A DNA stretch of 64,000 nucleotides, taken from NCBI GenBank assembly GCA_964423745.1, contig CAYRGG010000006.1, positions 16,406 through 80,405 on the forward strand, given 5' to 3'. Below are positions 20,457 through 30,963 of this stretch, one piece after another. The notes under the pieces were generated by a model that saw only the letters and a program-made list of their open reading frames with translations, was not told the origin of the DNA and did not search any database. Both the position numbers and the translations under genes were made by a program. Within the stretch, counting starts at the first letter, position 1. Every line of letters begins with the position of its first letter. Source of the stretch: an uncultured Candidatus Competibacteraceae bacterium (GTDB taxonomy: Bacteria > Pseudomonadota > Gammaproteobacteria > Competibacterales > Competibacteraceae).

Positions 20457-21650
20457 CTACATTTGGGACTTGAACAGTCGCATTGTGCTTTCTCCCAAAC
20501 GCTGTAAAGGATTGCGTTTGCGCCAATTACTTAATTTAAGGCGCTCACAAAATTGGAGGTCTTCGCTGTAATGCTGATCTAAAATAGCGGTTGTTTCTTT
20601 ATCTAACATCACTAAAGCAATTTCATCATCTTTACGCATGGAGCGTTGATTGAAATTGGCTGACCCAATGCAAGCCAATAAGTTATCCACAGTGATTATC
20701 TTGGTATGAAGCATGGTTTTTTGATAGCTCCATAGTTTTACGCCAGCTTCTAATAAGGCGTCAAAAGTTTTTTCACCGGCAAGCTGTGACAGCCGTTCAT
20801 CAGTATACGGGCCAGGCATCATGACTTCTACACTCACTCCCCGTTTAGCGGCTTTGCAAAGCACCTCTAGCGTATCCTCATCGGGAACAAAATAGGCAGT
20901 GGCGATGCGCACATGGTGGCGAGCTTCGATAACCAACAAACGCTGTAAGGTCGCGATGTCGCTCCACCCAATGGAGGCAGTGGTGTGAATAATCTGTATC
21001 CAAGCATCCCCTTGAGGTTGTAGGCAAGGTATAGTGTTGCCGGGCTCATGAATAGGGCGTCCTGTCTCGGCCCAATTACTAAAAAAAGCGCCCTGTAGTC
21101 CGTGGACAGCTGGACCTTGAATACGAAAATGGCTATCGCGCCATTCCGTAGGGTTGCGGGCATCACCCTCCCATTCTTCAGCGATACCAACACCACCAGT
21201 AAAACCTAGCTTATTATCAATAATCAATATCTTACGATGAGTTCGATTATCAGATTGCCAGATTTTCCAGGTCACTAAAGGCCGAAACCATTGCACATCC
21301 ACGCCAGCGTCCTGCATCATTGTGATTAGCTCATCGGCCATTTTGTTAGCACCTATGCTGTCTAAGAGCACATTGACTTGTACGCCAGTGCGAGCTTTAT
21401 CTGCAAGGGCTTGGGCAAAACGCTGAGCGATAGAACCCTTCCAATAGACAAATGTGAGAAAATCAACCCTTTCTTTAGCCTCAGCGATGGCTTCCAACAT
21501 CGCAGGAAAGATTTGATCACCATTTCGCAACACATCAATATGATTTCCAGCGGTAAATGGAATACCCAAAACACCTTCTAAGGTAGAACGCCAGCGCTTT
21601 TGGTCGTGATCAAAACTATTGTCAGGGGATGAGGCAAAATTTGTACTCAT
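20457..21650 (-). CDS. Phospholipase D-family protein / cardiolipin synthase B-like, with no N-terminal TM.
   Basis: Two HKD motifs: HRKILIIDN...GG and HTKIITVDN...GSANFNQRS. Confidence 0.7.
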   Translation of the reverse strand: MSTNFASSPDNSFDHDQKRWRSTLEGVLGIPFTAGNHIDVLRNGDQIFPAMLEAIAEAKERVDFLTFVYWKGSIAQRFAQALADKARTGVQVNVLLDSIGANKMADELITMMQDAGVDVQWFRPLVTWKIWQSDNRTHRKILIIDNKLGFTGGVGIAEEWEGDARNPTEWRDSHFRIQGPAVHGLQGAFFSNWAETGRPIHEPGNTIPCLQPQGDAWIQIIHTTASIGWSDIATLQRLLVIEARHHVRIATAYFVPDEDTLEVLCKAAKRGVSVEVMMPGPYTDERLSQLAGEKTFDALLEAGVKLWSYQKTMLHTKIITVDNLLACIGSANFNQRSMRKDDEIALVMLDKETTAILDQHYSEDLQFCERLKLSNWRKRNPLQRLGESTMRLFKSQM

Positions 21651-21803
21651 AAGTATGCTCTATGGTGGTGATAAGGCACCGTGATGCAACGCCTTCCATA
21701 GAGTTTTATAATTCCAAATCGGCAGTCTGCCATGAGGAATGAATGGGTAGACTGCCTTCAAAACCATTTTAACCTTCCAAAGTTGCAGCATGGTTATTTG
21801 TTT

Positions 21804-22634
21804 TTATTTTACAGTGCTGTCTGTTTTAACCGTCGAGTAAGCTAAAGGCACTGCGGCTTCAGGAGCCAATGGGCGGAACGTAAAGCTTTCTTGTAAATAA
21901 AGCTGTATCGAGTCGTTATTGTGGCTCAAATAACCAATAGAAAAGTCTTGACCAACCACCAGTTCAAAATCGCCACCTCGGAGACTTATTACCACTGCGC
22001 CATCGACAGCGGGCGCCCATACTACAGGACCGTCTAGCAAACGCTGTACAAAATCAAAAACCCGATAACCTCCGCGGGTTGTGGTTTCCGTCAACCCTTT
22101 GTAGCAGCGTGGACCCAGGGCAATGGCATAGGGACCTGCGATGCCTGCCTGGCGCAGTTTGCTAAGGGCTTCCGCGACCACGTTAGAGTATTTTTCGTAA
22201 TTGTCGCTAAGAGTTAGTTTCTCGGCGGCGGCTTCGCTGATGCCTTTAATATGACCTGCTGCATAACCATGAAAAATAGCGTGGTCCTCAGCCATTGCGA
22301 TAACCCGAGCCGCTTCTATGACTGGTTGCATATCGGCATCTTTACTACCACGTTCGATGGATTCAAGCTCGTTACGGGATAAGGTAAATGGAATACGTAG
22401 CTCAACCAGGGGTTGCACGCGACGCAAATGGGCATGAACATTAGCACCGAGCGATTCACTAAGGGTGTCGGTGCGGCCAGTATCTATAGCAGAATGTGAC
22501 CAACCGAGAGGACCGATAAAGTCGACTATTTTGCGGGCTGCAAGGGTTAATTTAAAAGTACGTGTAGCTTCCTCTTGAATTTCTTCCCAGGCGGCTGGAG
22601 TAATGGGTGCTAATTCACGCAGTAAATTGTTCAT
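21804..22634 (-). CDS. Family 1 encapsulin nanocompartment shell protein.
   Basis: 276 aa. N-terminus MNNLLRELAPITPAAWEEIQEEA is the hallmark encapsulin start. It lies immediately downstream of a cargo gene that carries a targeting peptide. Confidence 0.8.
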   Translation of the reverse strand: MNNLLRELAPITPAAWEEIQEEATRTFKLTLAARKIVDFIGPLGWSHSAIDTGRTDTLSESLGANVHAHLRRVQPLVELRIPFTLSRNELESIERGSKDADMQPVIEAARVIAMAEDHAIFHGYAAGHIKGISEAAAEKLTLSDNYEKYSNVVAEALSKLRQAGIAGPYAIALGPRCYKGLTETTTRGGYRVFDFVQRLLDGPVVWAPAVDGAVVISLRGGDFELVVGQDFSIGYLSHNNDSIQLYLQESFTFRPLAPEAAVPLAYSTVKTDSTVK

Positions 22635-22637
22635 GGT

Positions 22638-23021
22638 TTATTTTTCTCCCCGTAAACTACCGATGCCTAGCGAACCGTCAGTGGTGACGTGCGGTGAATC
22701 TTCTTCATCTTGTTCTTCTTCCATTTCTTCAACGTCGGTTATGGCGACTTTACTAAAAAGATACGTGCGCAGTTGCTCGTCCCAACCTGGATCATGACGC
22801 CGTAGCCACTCCAGCACCATTGCCGCATGTTCTTTTTCTTCATCACGGTTGTGAGCGAGAACAGCCCGCAAATCGTCGTCTGTGGTAGCGTCCACCCGTT
22901 GATCATACCAGTCAACTGCTTCCAGCTCTTCCATTAAAGATACAATGGCGCGATGACGTTCGATGGTGGCCGCCGTTAATTTCGTTTTGTCTTCGTGCAG
23001 GGTTTCACTGGCGCTTGCCAT
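22638..23021 (-). CDS. Encapsulated ferritin-like cargo protein (EncFtn-type) with a C-terminal encapsulin targeting peptide.
   Basis: 127 aa with ferritin-like E/H residues. The C-terminus DGSLGIGSLRG matches the GSLGIGSL targeting-peptide consensus. The gap to the shell gene is 3 nt. Confidence 0.75.
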   Translation of the reverse strand: MASASETLHEDKTKLTAATIERHRAIVSLMEELEAVDWYDQRVDATTDDDLRAVLAHNRDEEKEHAAMVLEWLRRHDPGWDEQLRTYLFSKVAITDVEEMEEEQDEEDSPHVTTDGSLGIGSLRGEK

Positions 23022-23742
23022 ACTGAAGAATCTCCTTGAGGTTAGTTTAATAGCTGTTTAAAAATGCTTACTTTTACCTACCGAAGTAGGCGATTAAGAT
23101 AACATAAGAGATTCTTAATCCTAAGAGCCTTTAGGGTTTACTATTTATAATCTAACGAGATTAGTCGTAAATACATCCTCAAAGTAAAGCATGTCTTTAT
23201 TTTTTTACCCTTTGCTCAATTTGATTTTCGGGCAATGGTTATGTCATTAGTGGAATAAAATTAGCTTTTTCTTAAGCCTTAACGATATGACACCTCTATG
23301 TTATTGAAATAATGCAGATCGACTTGCTAGCATAGCAATGCTTGGGCCATTCAAAAGTGTGTCAGATTTATCTAAGAAACAATGTTTTATAAATCAACAG
23401 GTAGTTTATTGAACAGCAAAACTGTATTATGTGTCCATGCAAAATTCAAAACTTTATGAGTAATCTTTTTATTTTTGAAAGACTTGTGTAAATTAAGTGA
23501 CGGTTGGTGGATACTTCCCAAACGACTTTGTAGCTTCGGGAAGGCTATAGGACAGTATTTCAAGGGTAGATACCACCAGAACATAAATATATTTAGCGCA
23601 GGTGTGGCCTATCTAGAGTAAATTAGATTATATTTTGCTTTTCCAAAGCGTGGTTTATTAAACAGTTTTTCACCTTTAAAAGATAACTGTTTAGAATAAT
23701 AGTGTGTGCATTATATTTAGTCAAAAATAGCAGGAATGTCCT

Positions 23743-24549
23743 ATGGATCGAATTTCGAAAGCCCTTGAACGTGCAAAGAAAAATCCAACTCCTTATCGAG
23801 ATCCTAAAAGAAGTAAAGACTTAATTGAGGATATAAATTACACCCATACAAAAACTGTTGATGTCTCTGAAGACATATTAGAGAAAAATCGTGTGATCAG
23901 TAGCGGGTCTAACAAAATGCTCGTTGACATTTATCGCGTATTACGCACCCGCGTGTTGCATAGATTACAGCAGAATAATTGGAAAGTTATCGGTGTGACC
24001 AGTGCGCGACCAGAGGAGGGGAAGACACTTACTGCCGTTAATCTTGGTATCAGTATCGCCATGGAACCAAACTACTCGGTGCTCTTAGTTGATGCGGATC
24101 TACGTCGTCCTGGCGTTCACCAAGCTTTTGGTATAACACCTACACATGGTTTATCAGATTATTTGACCTCAGATGTTTCTGTCGAAGAGTTATTTATTAA
24201 CCCTGGAATAGGAAGCTTTGTGATGTTACCTTGCGTAAAACCTAGTCCAACCTCTTCTGAGTTGCTTACCTCTCCCAAAATGGTAAATTTGTTGGAAGAG
24301 CTTAAATTACGTTATACCTCTCGGTTAATAATATTTAATCTACCTCCCTTGCTCATGAGCGATGATGTTGCTGCGTTGTCACCCTTTTTGGATGCTGTTT
24401 TGATGGTGGTTGAGGACGGAAAAACACGCGCTGACGATCTAGGTAAGTCATTAGAACTATTAGAGGGCGTGAATTTGCTAGGCACTGTTTTAAATAAATG
24501 TAAAAATGCAAAGCACGATCTTCATTATTATAAAGAAGGATATTATTGA
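23743..24549 (+). CDS. BY-kinase (CpsD/CapB-family tyrosine autokinase) cytoplasmic ATPase, orphan.
   Basis: Walker A SARPEEGKT, Walker A' VDADLRRP, and a C-terminal tyrosine cluster HYYKEGYY. Confidence 0.6.
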   Translation: MDRISKALERAKKNPTPYRDPKRSKDLIEDINYTHTKTVDVSEDILEKNRVISSGSNKMLVDIYRVLRTRVLHRLQQNNWKVIGVTSARPEEGKTLTAVNLGISIAMEPNYSVLLVDADLRRPGVHQAFGITPTHGLSDYLTSDVSVEELFINPGIGSFVMLPCVKPSPTSSELLTSPKMVNLLEELKLRYTSRLIIFNLPPLLMSDDVAALSPFLDAVLMVVEDGKTRADDLGKSLELLEGVNLLGTVLNKCKNAKHDLHYYKEGYY

Positions 24550-24698
24550 TTAACTGATAATAACAACGACATTAGATCAAAAACCAAAATTTAATGGTAT
24601 TCATAATTTTTAAATCAAAAATATCATTCCTGAGTAGAATCTATATAGAAGATTTCTAGAGTTCAAGTTATTAATTTTTCTAACCAGCTTTTTATAAA

Positions 24699-24746
24699 TA
24701 AAGCGGTGTTTCTGGCAGACCTATAGGAAACACCGCTTTATTTTTG
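24699..24746 (+). terminator. Rho-independent terminator.
   Basis: 13 bp stem AAAGCGGTGTTTC...GAAACACCGCTTT followed by ATTTTT. Confidence 0.5.
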
Positions 24747-25189
24747 TCTTTTTTTATCGGTTTGTGATTTTTGTACTCTTAAAAATCAGTCTTTTTTAGG
24801 CTTGTAAGTGTTTCATCAAACCGATCCATAGCTGACGAGTAATTCCTGCAAGCAACTTATCGATGGCAGGTACTAAGCTCGGATTGAACCTTATATGGAT
24901 TTAGAGTTTGAATGCATATATAAATTGTAAGAAATACAATTTATTTTGTAAAAGTTACTTTAGTCTAGATCACTAACGTCTCGTCAAAATCATTAATTGT
25001 ATTCCCGAATGAGCCAAAAGTGGTTAATTGTTTTAGTTATTTATGATCGCCTTATCTCGTTGATACGCTATACATATAAAGGTTGGCTTACATGTTGCAA
25101 AAAAACTTCTGAGAAAAGGCAATAGATAAAGCATTACCCAGACCGGTAGATAATCTTAAAGTAGTGTTTGCGGTATTTAAGGTGTAATC

Positions 25190-25909
25190 ATGACGAACAA
25201 ACCAATGACAAGCCTATTATTATTTACAGCCTTCTTATTGATTGGTTGTTCATCAGTTGCCGATCAAGGTGCGTCCTTACAGGAAGGTATTGACATTACC
25301 ACTTGGGATCAGGCGGCGCTTTATAAAGGTTGGAGTGCAGAGGCGTTGTTGGATACAAAGGTACTTGGGGAAAATGGAGAAGAAGTTGGTGAGGTGGAAA
25401 ATATCGTCGTCGGTCCGGATGGTAAAGTACAAAAAATCATCGTTGAGAGCGGCGGATTTTTAGATATAGGGGATACCCACCTAAGTGTGGCCTGGGATCA
25501 AGCGGAGATAGGTCCGCAGATTGAAACCGTTACTGTGCCTGTTAACAAAGAAAATGTAGCTGATTTTAGTCTGTTTGGCGATGATAATGTTTCAACAAGT
25601 GGTCCACGGGCCTGGCGTGTAACGGAATTGATTGACGATTATGTAACCTTGCAAGGTGGTGAGGGGTACGGTTATGTGGATGATGCGATTTTTGATGAAG
25701 AGGGTCAACTACAAGCAGTGGTTGTAACGCCGGATGTCGCCCGCGGTACGCCTGGTTATTATGCCTATCCTTATGCAAGCTCAAGCTATGGTGGTTATGA
25801 ATACGATCCAGGTCTAGATGTCTACGAACTGCCTTATGCACGAGATCAGGTTATGGGTCTAGAGCCATTTGACTATGAAGTCCTAGAGGAAGAAGGTTTG
25901 TATTACTAG
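25190..25909 (+). CDS. Lipoprotein with two PRC-barrel domains.
   Basis: LIGC lipobox in the signal peptide. Two PRC-barrel-like G-rich beta segments. Confidence 0.5.
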   Translation: MTNKPMTSLLLFTAFLLIGCSSVADQGASLQEGIDITTWDQAALYKGWSAEALLDTKVLGENGEEVGEVENIVVGPDGKVQKIIVESGGFLDIGDTHLSVAWDQAEIGPQIETVTVPVNKENVADFSLFGDDNVSTSGPRAWRVTELIDDYVTLQGGEGYGYVDDAIFDEEGQLQAVVVTPDVARGTPGYYAYPYASSSYGGYEYDPGLDVYELPYARDQVMGLEPFDYEVLEEEGLYY

Positions 25910-26649
25910 CTAGCTAGTTAGTGTTAATGAAGTCACGTTTTAGTTAAGTGAAATATTTTTGATAGTGGGATGTTAGTTCTGCAATTAAGGCCCAATTTCT
26001 GATGGTGTCCAAGCGTCGCGCAAGCTAAACACTGTTTTTTGGGCCTTCTTTTTATAAAAAATTTTTAAAGCTAATAGTCAATATTAGATCAAGTAGTTTT
26101 CCAAATCATTCCATATTTATATACTCATCGGTTCGACCTGTCTATCTATCTGTTAACTACATCCTAGTCTAGCACCCAAATTCCAAGCGATGTATGTATG
26201 ATATCGTTAGTAAGGGAATTGTAACGATTATTTGTTGAGTCCATGGGCAAACGAACGTTGTTGCAAGCGATAGCCAGACATTTATAATCAACCTCACCTC
26301 AAGCATCATTCGTTGGCTTGATTAAATCGACTGATATGGTTAACTGACGAGACAGTCAACATGCTCCTGAAGTGATGGCACAGGCGTTGACCATGACGGC
26401 CTATCTTAAATTTGTTACCTAAAACAGCAGTGTGCTGCTGCAATCGGCAGATAAAACTTAGGGTGGGGACGCTGACCTGATAAACATGAACAGTTTTGAG
26501 GTTGTGCAATAGTTGCAGATGCTACACTCATCTGTGAAACACTTCTTAATTATCAAAAAAACAGGTATGAATACCCAACCGCTCTCTTGACTAAATGAGA
26601 GTTGCTCTGCCGTGCAACTCGTTAATGAATGGCTTGTTAATGGCTTGCC

Positions 26650-28494
26650 TTACTCAGCCAAAAGAGGAAACTCATCAAATTTGACCACTGCCGACTCAGG
26701 ATCGCGGGTATCAAAGACATAACTTTTAACCGTACCTGCTCGCGTATCCAGAATACTAAAGGCAGTCAATTCATTAGAGTCAATACACGGTAATTCATTG
26801 CCATTATCATCTTGTTGAGGCGCAAAGATACTCGGTGGAATAGGCAATAAGCCATGAGGATCTCCGGTGCTGACATAATTTGCACTGTCGTAACGAGGGT
26901 CATCAGGTACATTCCCTCGTTCTTTATAACCTTCCAAATAACAACCAAAACTATTACCCACATTAGACGTTTCTAGGTAATGTACGCCTGCTGCATTTTG
27001 CAGATGAAACCACACATGGGAGTGCCCTTGATGGACCAGTTGAACACCGGTTTCATTCAACAGGGGTTCGATATCGCGGATTAAAATATCAGCCTCGATG
27101 GGATATTCATAGCGTACTGCGGTAAGACGCCCCTCGTCGTCATAGTCGATGATTTGCTCTGGATGTGCAAATACGGGGTTGTAGTTATCTCCGATGCCAT
27201 GAGGTCCTTGGTGCATGACCACCACTTTGTAACGGGCGTTTTTGAACATCTCGCTATTTAACTGTTCCACTAACCAATTGTATTGCTCACTGCCCACCGC
27301 TAAATCTTCAAAAATAAAATCCCCATAACCCCAATTGTCCGGTTTGCTCAGATCTGCCTCTGGCTCTCGGTATTTGCCCCGGGCACTGGCTTGTAAACTG
27401 GGTGTGCGCCAAATGCGGGTGGCATAAAGCCCGATCATATAAACGTCTCCATAGGGGATGGCGTAATAGCGCTCCCCGGATGGGGCATCATCAGGCAGGG
27501 TAAAAAGTTCCTCATAGGTTATGGTGTTATAGGAATTGTCCTGAATCCATTGTTCCCGTACAGTGGGATCATCAAAAGGGTTGACAATGTTTTCCAGCCG
27601 TTCGTAACGCTGTTCAGCGATGGGACGGGGTTGGGGATCATTATACTGGTCACTGGTGGTCGTGCTAGGATTAAAACGTCCCATGACTTCGTGATTACCC
27701 ACCACCGGAAAAAGCGGTGCATGTTGAATAATCTCCCCACCCTGGTAAGTCACTTGACTGGTATAGGTGATGCCATTGCGCGTTTGGCTACGTTCGAGGG
27801 TGTGCATGGCCCGACCTTGCAAACTGGGGAAAAAAGCAAAACCACGATTGTCATCAAACCATTCCGAGGCGCGATCAGGAATATTGACTAAATCACCGGC
27901 GAAAAAAACCGCATCCACCCGACCGATGGTTTCTACAACTTTTTGGAGGTTGGCAGGGGTCATGGCTTTGAGTTGATGATCGGAGGTCAACAATATTTTT
28001 AAAGGCTGTCCTTCAGCAGGCAAAGGTGCGAGGGTAAATTTTTCACTGCTGATTCTTTGTCCTTCCTCAGTAATACTCGTCACCCGATAATTTCGCCGTT
28101 CCCCTGGATGAAGCCCCGTTACTTCGGCTTCGTGTCGCCAAATATCTCTCACCGTAGTGGTTTGATAAATCTGGCCATCTTCCGTTTGTTCACCCACGCG
28201 GGAACGTTCGTCTTCAAACATACGGCTGAGTTTGATGGTATGAGCCGCAAACCTGTCGCCGTCAACCTTAACAAAGTGCTTAGTTCCAGCAAACTCAGTA
28301 AACCAAACCACATGCACTGAGCTATCTGTGGGCAATTGCAAAAAAGGATCAGTAAGTAATGTGGTGGGCAAGGTTGTGTCTTCATCTTGCGCCACTGCTA
28401 GCCCCATTAGTGCAATGAGACTGACTGTTATAATAGCGTTTCTCAACTTTCCCATGAGATTTCCATTTTTGTAGCGTTTTCTATGGAAACCCAT
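26650..28494 (-). CDS. Secreted calcineurin-like metallophosphoesterase (purple acid phosphatase-like).
   Basis: Signal peptide. Motifs GDLVN...DR, VVGNHE, VVMHQGPH and GHSHVW. Confidence 0.65.
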   Translation of the reverse strand: MGFHRKRYKNGNLMGKLRNAIITVSLIALMGLAVAQDEDTTLPTTLLTDPFLQLPTDSSVHVVWFTEFAGTKHFVKVDGDRFAAHTIKLSRMFEDERSRVGEQTEDGQIYQTTTVRDIWRHEAEVTGLHPGERRNYRVTSITEEGQRISSEKFTLAPLPAEGQPLKILLTSDHQLKAMTPANLQKVVETIGRVDAVFFAGDLVNIPDRASEWFDDNRGFAFFPSLQGRAMHTLERSQTRNGITYTSQVTYQGGEIIQHAPLFPVVGNHEVMGRFNPSTTTSDQYNDPQPRPIAEQRYERLENIVNPFDDPTVREQWIQDNSYNTITYEELFTLPDDAPSGERYYAIPYGDVYMIGLYATRIWRTPSLQASARGKYREPEADLSKPDNWGYGDFIFEDLAVGSEQYNWLVEQLNSEMFKNARYKVVVMHQGPHGIGDNYNPVFAHPEQIIDYDDEGRLTAVRYEYPIEADILIRDIEPLLNETGVQLVHQGHSHVWFHLQNAAGVHYLETSNVGNSFGCYLEGYKERGNVPDDPRYDSANYVSTGDPHGLLPIPPSIFAPQQDDNGNELPCIDSNELTAFSILDTRAGTVKSYVFDTRDPESAVVKFDEFPLLAE

Positions 28495-28626
28495 TGTTCC
28501 CGATTTATATGATCTTTTTGTTACATTTTTGTGGCGAATCTGTTGGTATTTAATCTAAATAGGGGAACTTAACTTATAAAAAGGGTTTACAAAGTCATTT
28601 TAATAGCAGTAACAAAAGAAAATATC

Positions 28627-29010
28627 TCAGTTCCCCAAAATATGTTGCGCTAAAGTTCTTTGCACATCGAGAACGCTTGCGCCCTTTTTGAACTGGTGTT
28701 GAATGGGCATGGATTCCCCGGAAATGTAGATTTTCAACTCAGCATCCAGGTCGAAATGCCCTGCGGTCTCGACACTAAAACGCACAATGCTTTTATAAGG
28801 AATCGATTGATATTCCGCCTTCTTACCGGTCATACCTTGTTTATCCACAATCATTAAGCGTCTATTGGTAAATATTAAGGTATCGCGGATGAGTTTGTAG
28901 GCAAGATCCACAGTCTCGCCCGGTATTAATAGATTGGCTATTTCTGTTTCCAGTTTTTGCGTATCCACTTCAGACGCATTACCCAACATACCTGAAAGAA
29001 ACCCCATCAT
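28627..29010 (-). CDS. Bacterial PH-domain (bPH/YokE-like) protein.
   Basis: 127 aa. A core resembling LIFTNRRLMIVDKQG is present. Confidence 0.4.
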   Translation of the reverse strand: MMGFLSGMLGNASEVDTQKLETEIANLLIPGETVDLAYKLIRDTLIFTNRRLMIVDKQGMTGKKAEYQSIPYKSIVRFSVETAGHFDLDAELKIYISGESMPIQHQFKKGASVLDVQRTLAQHILGN

Positions 29011-29041
29011 GGTTCTCCTTTTTACATATGGTTACTCAATG

Positions 29042-30670
29042 TTATACGGTTTTATTTTTAGACTGCAAATTCGACACCAGTTGCCAATCCAAACCAAACT
29101 TAGCCAGATATTTTTGCAGTCTAGCGGAATCGTTAGCACTGCGTTTTTTCTGTCGGGATTGCGCAAACAGTTCCCGCCCTGCCGCCGCTTGGCTAGGATG
29201 GCGCTGACACAACTCAACCACATAAGCCAGCTGCACGCGATCAAAAGGATCCAAAGCGCTAACCTGATCTTCATCTAGCAATCTATGGAGACTCTGCTGA
29301 CCATCAATGACAGTGGTGTCTACCGCCGGTTGCCAAGCGCGGGTTAAACGATCGATCTCGGCTGCGACAATCGCACTGTTGATCCGCCCGGCGCCAGCTA
29401 AAATACCCATCCGATAGATGCTCGCATTTAGATCCCGAAAGTTATGTCGCCAATGGCCGTTTGGACCGCAAGCAAATTGTAGATATGCGCTACGCGCCGC
29501 CTTGTTAAAATCCACCACGCGCCCTTCGTTTTCGGCAAATCGGCGTAGCTCAAACTCAATATTAGGTTCGATATCTTCTTTGCGTTCTGCTAACCCCGGT
29601 AGCTGATAGCTCCACAGATCAATACGCGCTAACAGATCGTCCCTGAAATGACCTGCCGCCACCGCTTGTTGCAAATCTTTATTGGTTCCCGCAATCAGGG
29701 TGAAGGCGCTGCTGACCGGTTGATCGGCGCCCAGGGGATAAAATGATTTTTCTTCCAAGGCGTGGAGTAGCATCGCTTGTTCATCTGTTCCCAGTTCGCC
29801 AATCTCATCCAGAAACAATAGCCCGCCATCGGCGCATTTCAGTAAACCTGCCCTTTCTTTCTGAGCACCGGTAAACGCTCCTTTAACGTGACCAAATAGC
29901 GTTGACTGGGCTTGATCGCTCCGTAGGGTCGCACAGTTGACACTGACGAACTCCCCCGTCACATGCCCTCGCTGATGTTTCAGCTCATAGATACGCCGCG
30001 CCAATTCCGTTTTACCAGAGCCAGTGGGGCCACTCAGCAGTATCGGCGCTCGGCTGCGAATGGCAATGGTTTCTATCTGGGTGATGAGCGTGTTAAATCC
30101 AGGGTTTGCGGTTTTGATGCCGGCTTTAAGAAATGCTTCCCCCTCTAACTGCTCGTTATAAAACCGTGCGGAAAGCTGATCGTACTTGGATAGGTCCAAA
30201 TCGATGATCTGATAGGAGCCCTTGTTCCGCACTGTTCCATCGTCGGTTTTGCCAGGGGAAAGCTGCAGCAGCTTGGCAGGCAAATGACGACTCTCCGCCA
30301 ACAAAAACCAACAAATCTGAGCCACATGGGTGCCTGTGGTGATGTTCACCAAATAGCGGGTCTCTTGATCGAAGCGCTGCTGCTTAACAAAGTCGAATAG
30401 CTTGGCATATACCTCTTCAAAATCCCACGGTTGCACAAAGTTCATGGGATGAAGCGTGACTTTAATGGTGTCCCGGCAAAAGCGTGCGTCGTCTGCCACC
30501 CGATTCGCTAACCCCAGGGAATGATTGTCGTGGAGCAGCACCAACTCATCCACCACCAGATCTTCATGCATCGCCAAGGCAACATTAGGCCGCCACTTAT
30601 CCCAACGGCTTACCCGACGTCCGGCAAAGTCCAACTGTATGCCGAGAATACTGAAAACCACGGTTCTCAT
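29042..30670 (-). CDS. rtcR: RtcR: sigma-54-dependent transcriptional activator with an N-terminal CARF domain.
   Basis: 542 aa. The N-terminus MRTVVFSILGIQLDFAGRRVSRWDKWRPNVAL is the RtcR CARF start. The AAA+ sigma-54 activator core has GPTGSGKTELARRIY and a GAFTGA-type loop. Confidence 0.8.
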   Translation of the reverse strand: MRTVVFSILGIQLDFAGRRVSRWDKWRPNVALAMHEDLVVDELVLLHDNHSLGLANRVADDARFCRDTIKVTLHPMNFVQPWDFEEVYAKLFDFVKQQRFDQETRYLVNITTGTHVAQICWFLLAESRHLPAKLLQLSPGKTDDGTVRNKGSYQIIDLDLSKYDQLSARFYNEQLEGEAFLKAGIKTANPGFNTLITQIETIAIRSRAPILLSGPTGSGKTELARRIYELKHQRGHVTGEFVSVNCATLRSDQAQSTLFGHVKGAFTGAQKERAGLLKCADGGLLFLDEIGELGTDEQAMLLHALEEKSFYPLGADQPVSSAFTLIAGTNKDLQQAVAAGHFRDDLLARIDLWSYQLPGLAERKEDIEPNIEFELRRFAENEGRVVDFNKAARSAYLQFACGPNGHWRHNFRDLNASIYRMGILAGAGRINSAIVAAEIDRLTRAWQPAVDTTVIDGQQSLHRLLDEDQVSALDPFDRVQLAYVVELCQRHPSQAAAGRELFAQSRQKKRSANDSARLQKYLAKFGLDWQLVSNLQSKNKTV

Positions 30671-30716
30671 TGGCGTTCCTTTGTCATTTGATGAGAAAAC
30701 TCATATGGATATATAT

Positions 30717-30732
30717 CTATCTATATAGATAG
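30717..30732. promoter_or_regulatory. Perfect 16 bp palindrome CTATCTATATAGATAG in the rtcR-divergent intergenic region. It is a candidate operator or UAS.
   Basis: Read directly from the sequence. It lies between the rtcR start and the sigma-54 promoter. Confidence 0.3.
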
Positions 30733-30854
30733 TTTAACCACTTACCCTGCTTATGGTAGATAAATAGGGATTAACTGAAAATAATTTAAAATAGTATTGT
30801 TTATCATTATCTTAAGTAATTTTCACTAGACGCTTTCTGAGCATGACTGCAGCT

Positions 30855-30870
30855 TGGCACAGCTCTAGCA
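30855..30870 (+). promoter_or_regulatory. Sigma-54 (-24/-12) promoter: TGGCAC-N5-TAGCA.
   Basis: GG and GC elements are spaced exactly as in the consensus TGGCAC-N5-TTGCA. It is divergent from rtcR and about 185 bp from the rtcR start. Confidence 0.5.
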
Positions 30871-30963
30871 ATTACACCCTGTGAATGCCTAACGCAAAGG
30901 TGCTGATTCTGTAAGCCAGCCTGGCATGGGCCAGTCAATCCCTCATGTACCGCGTGGTGTTCA

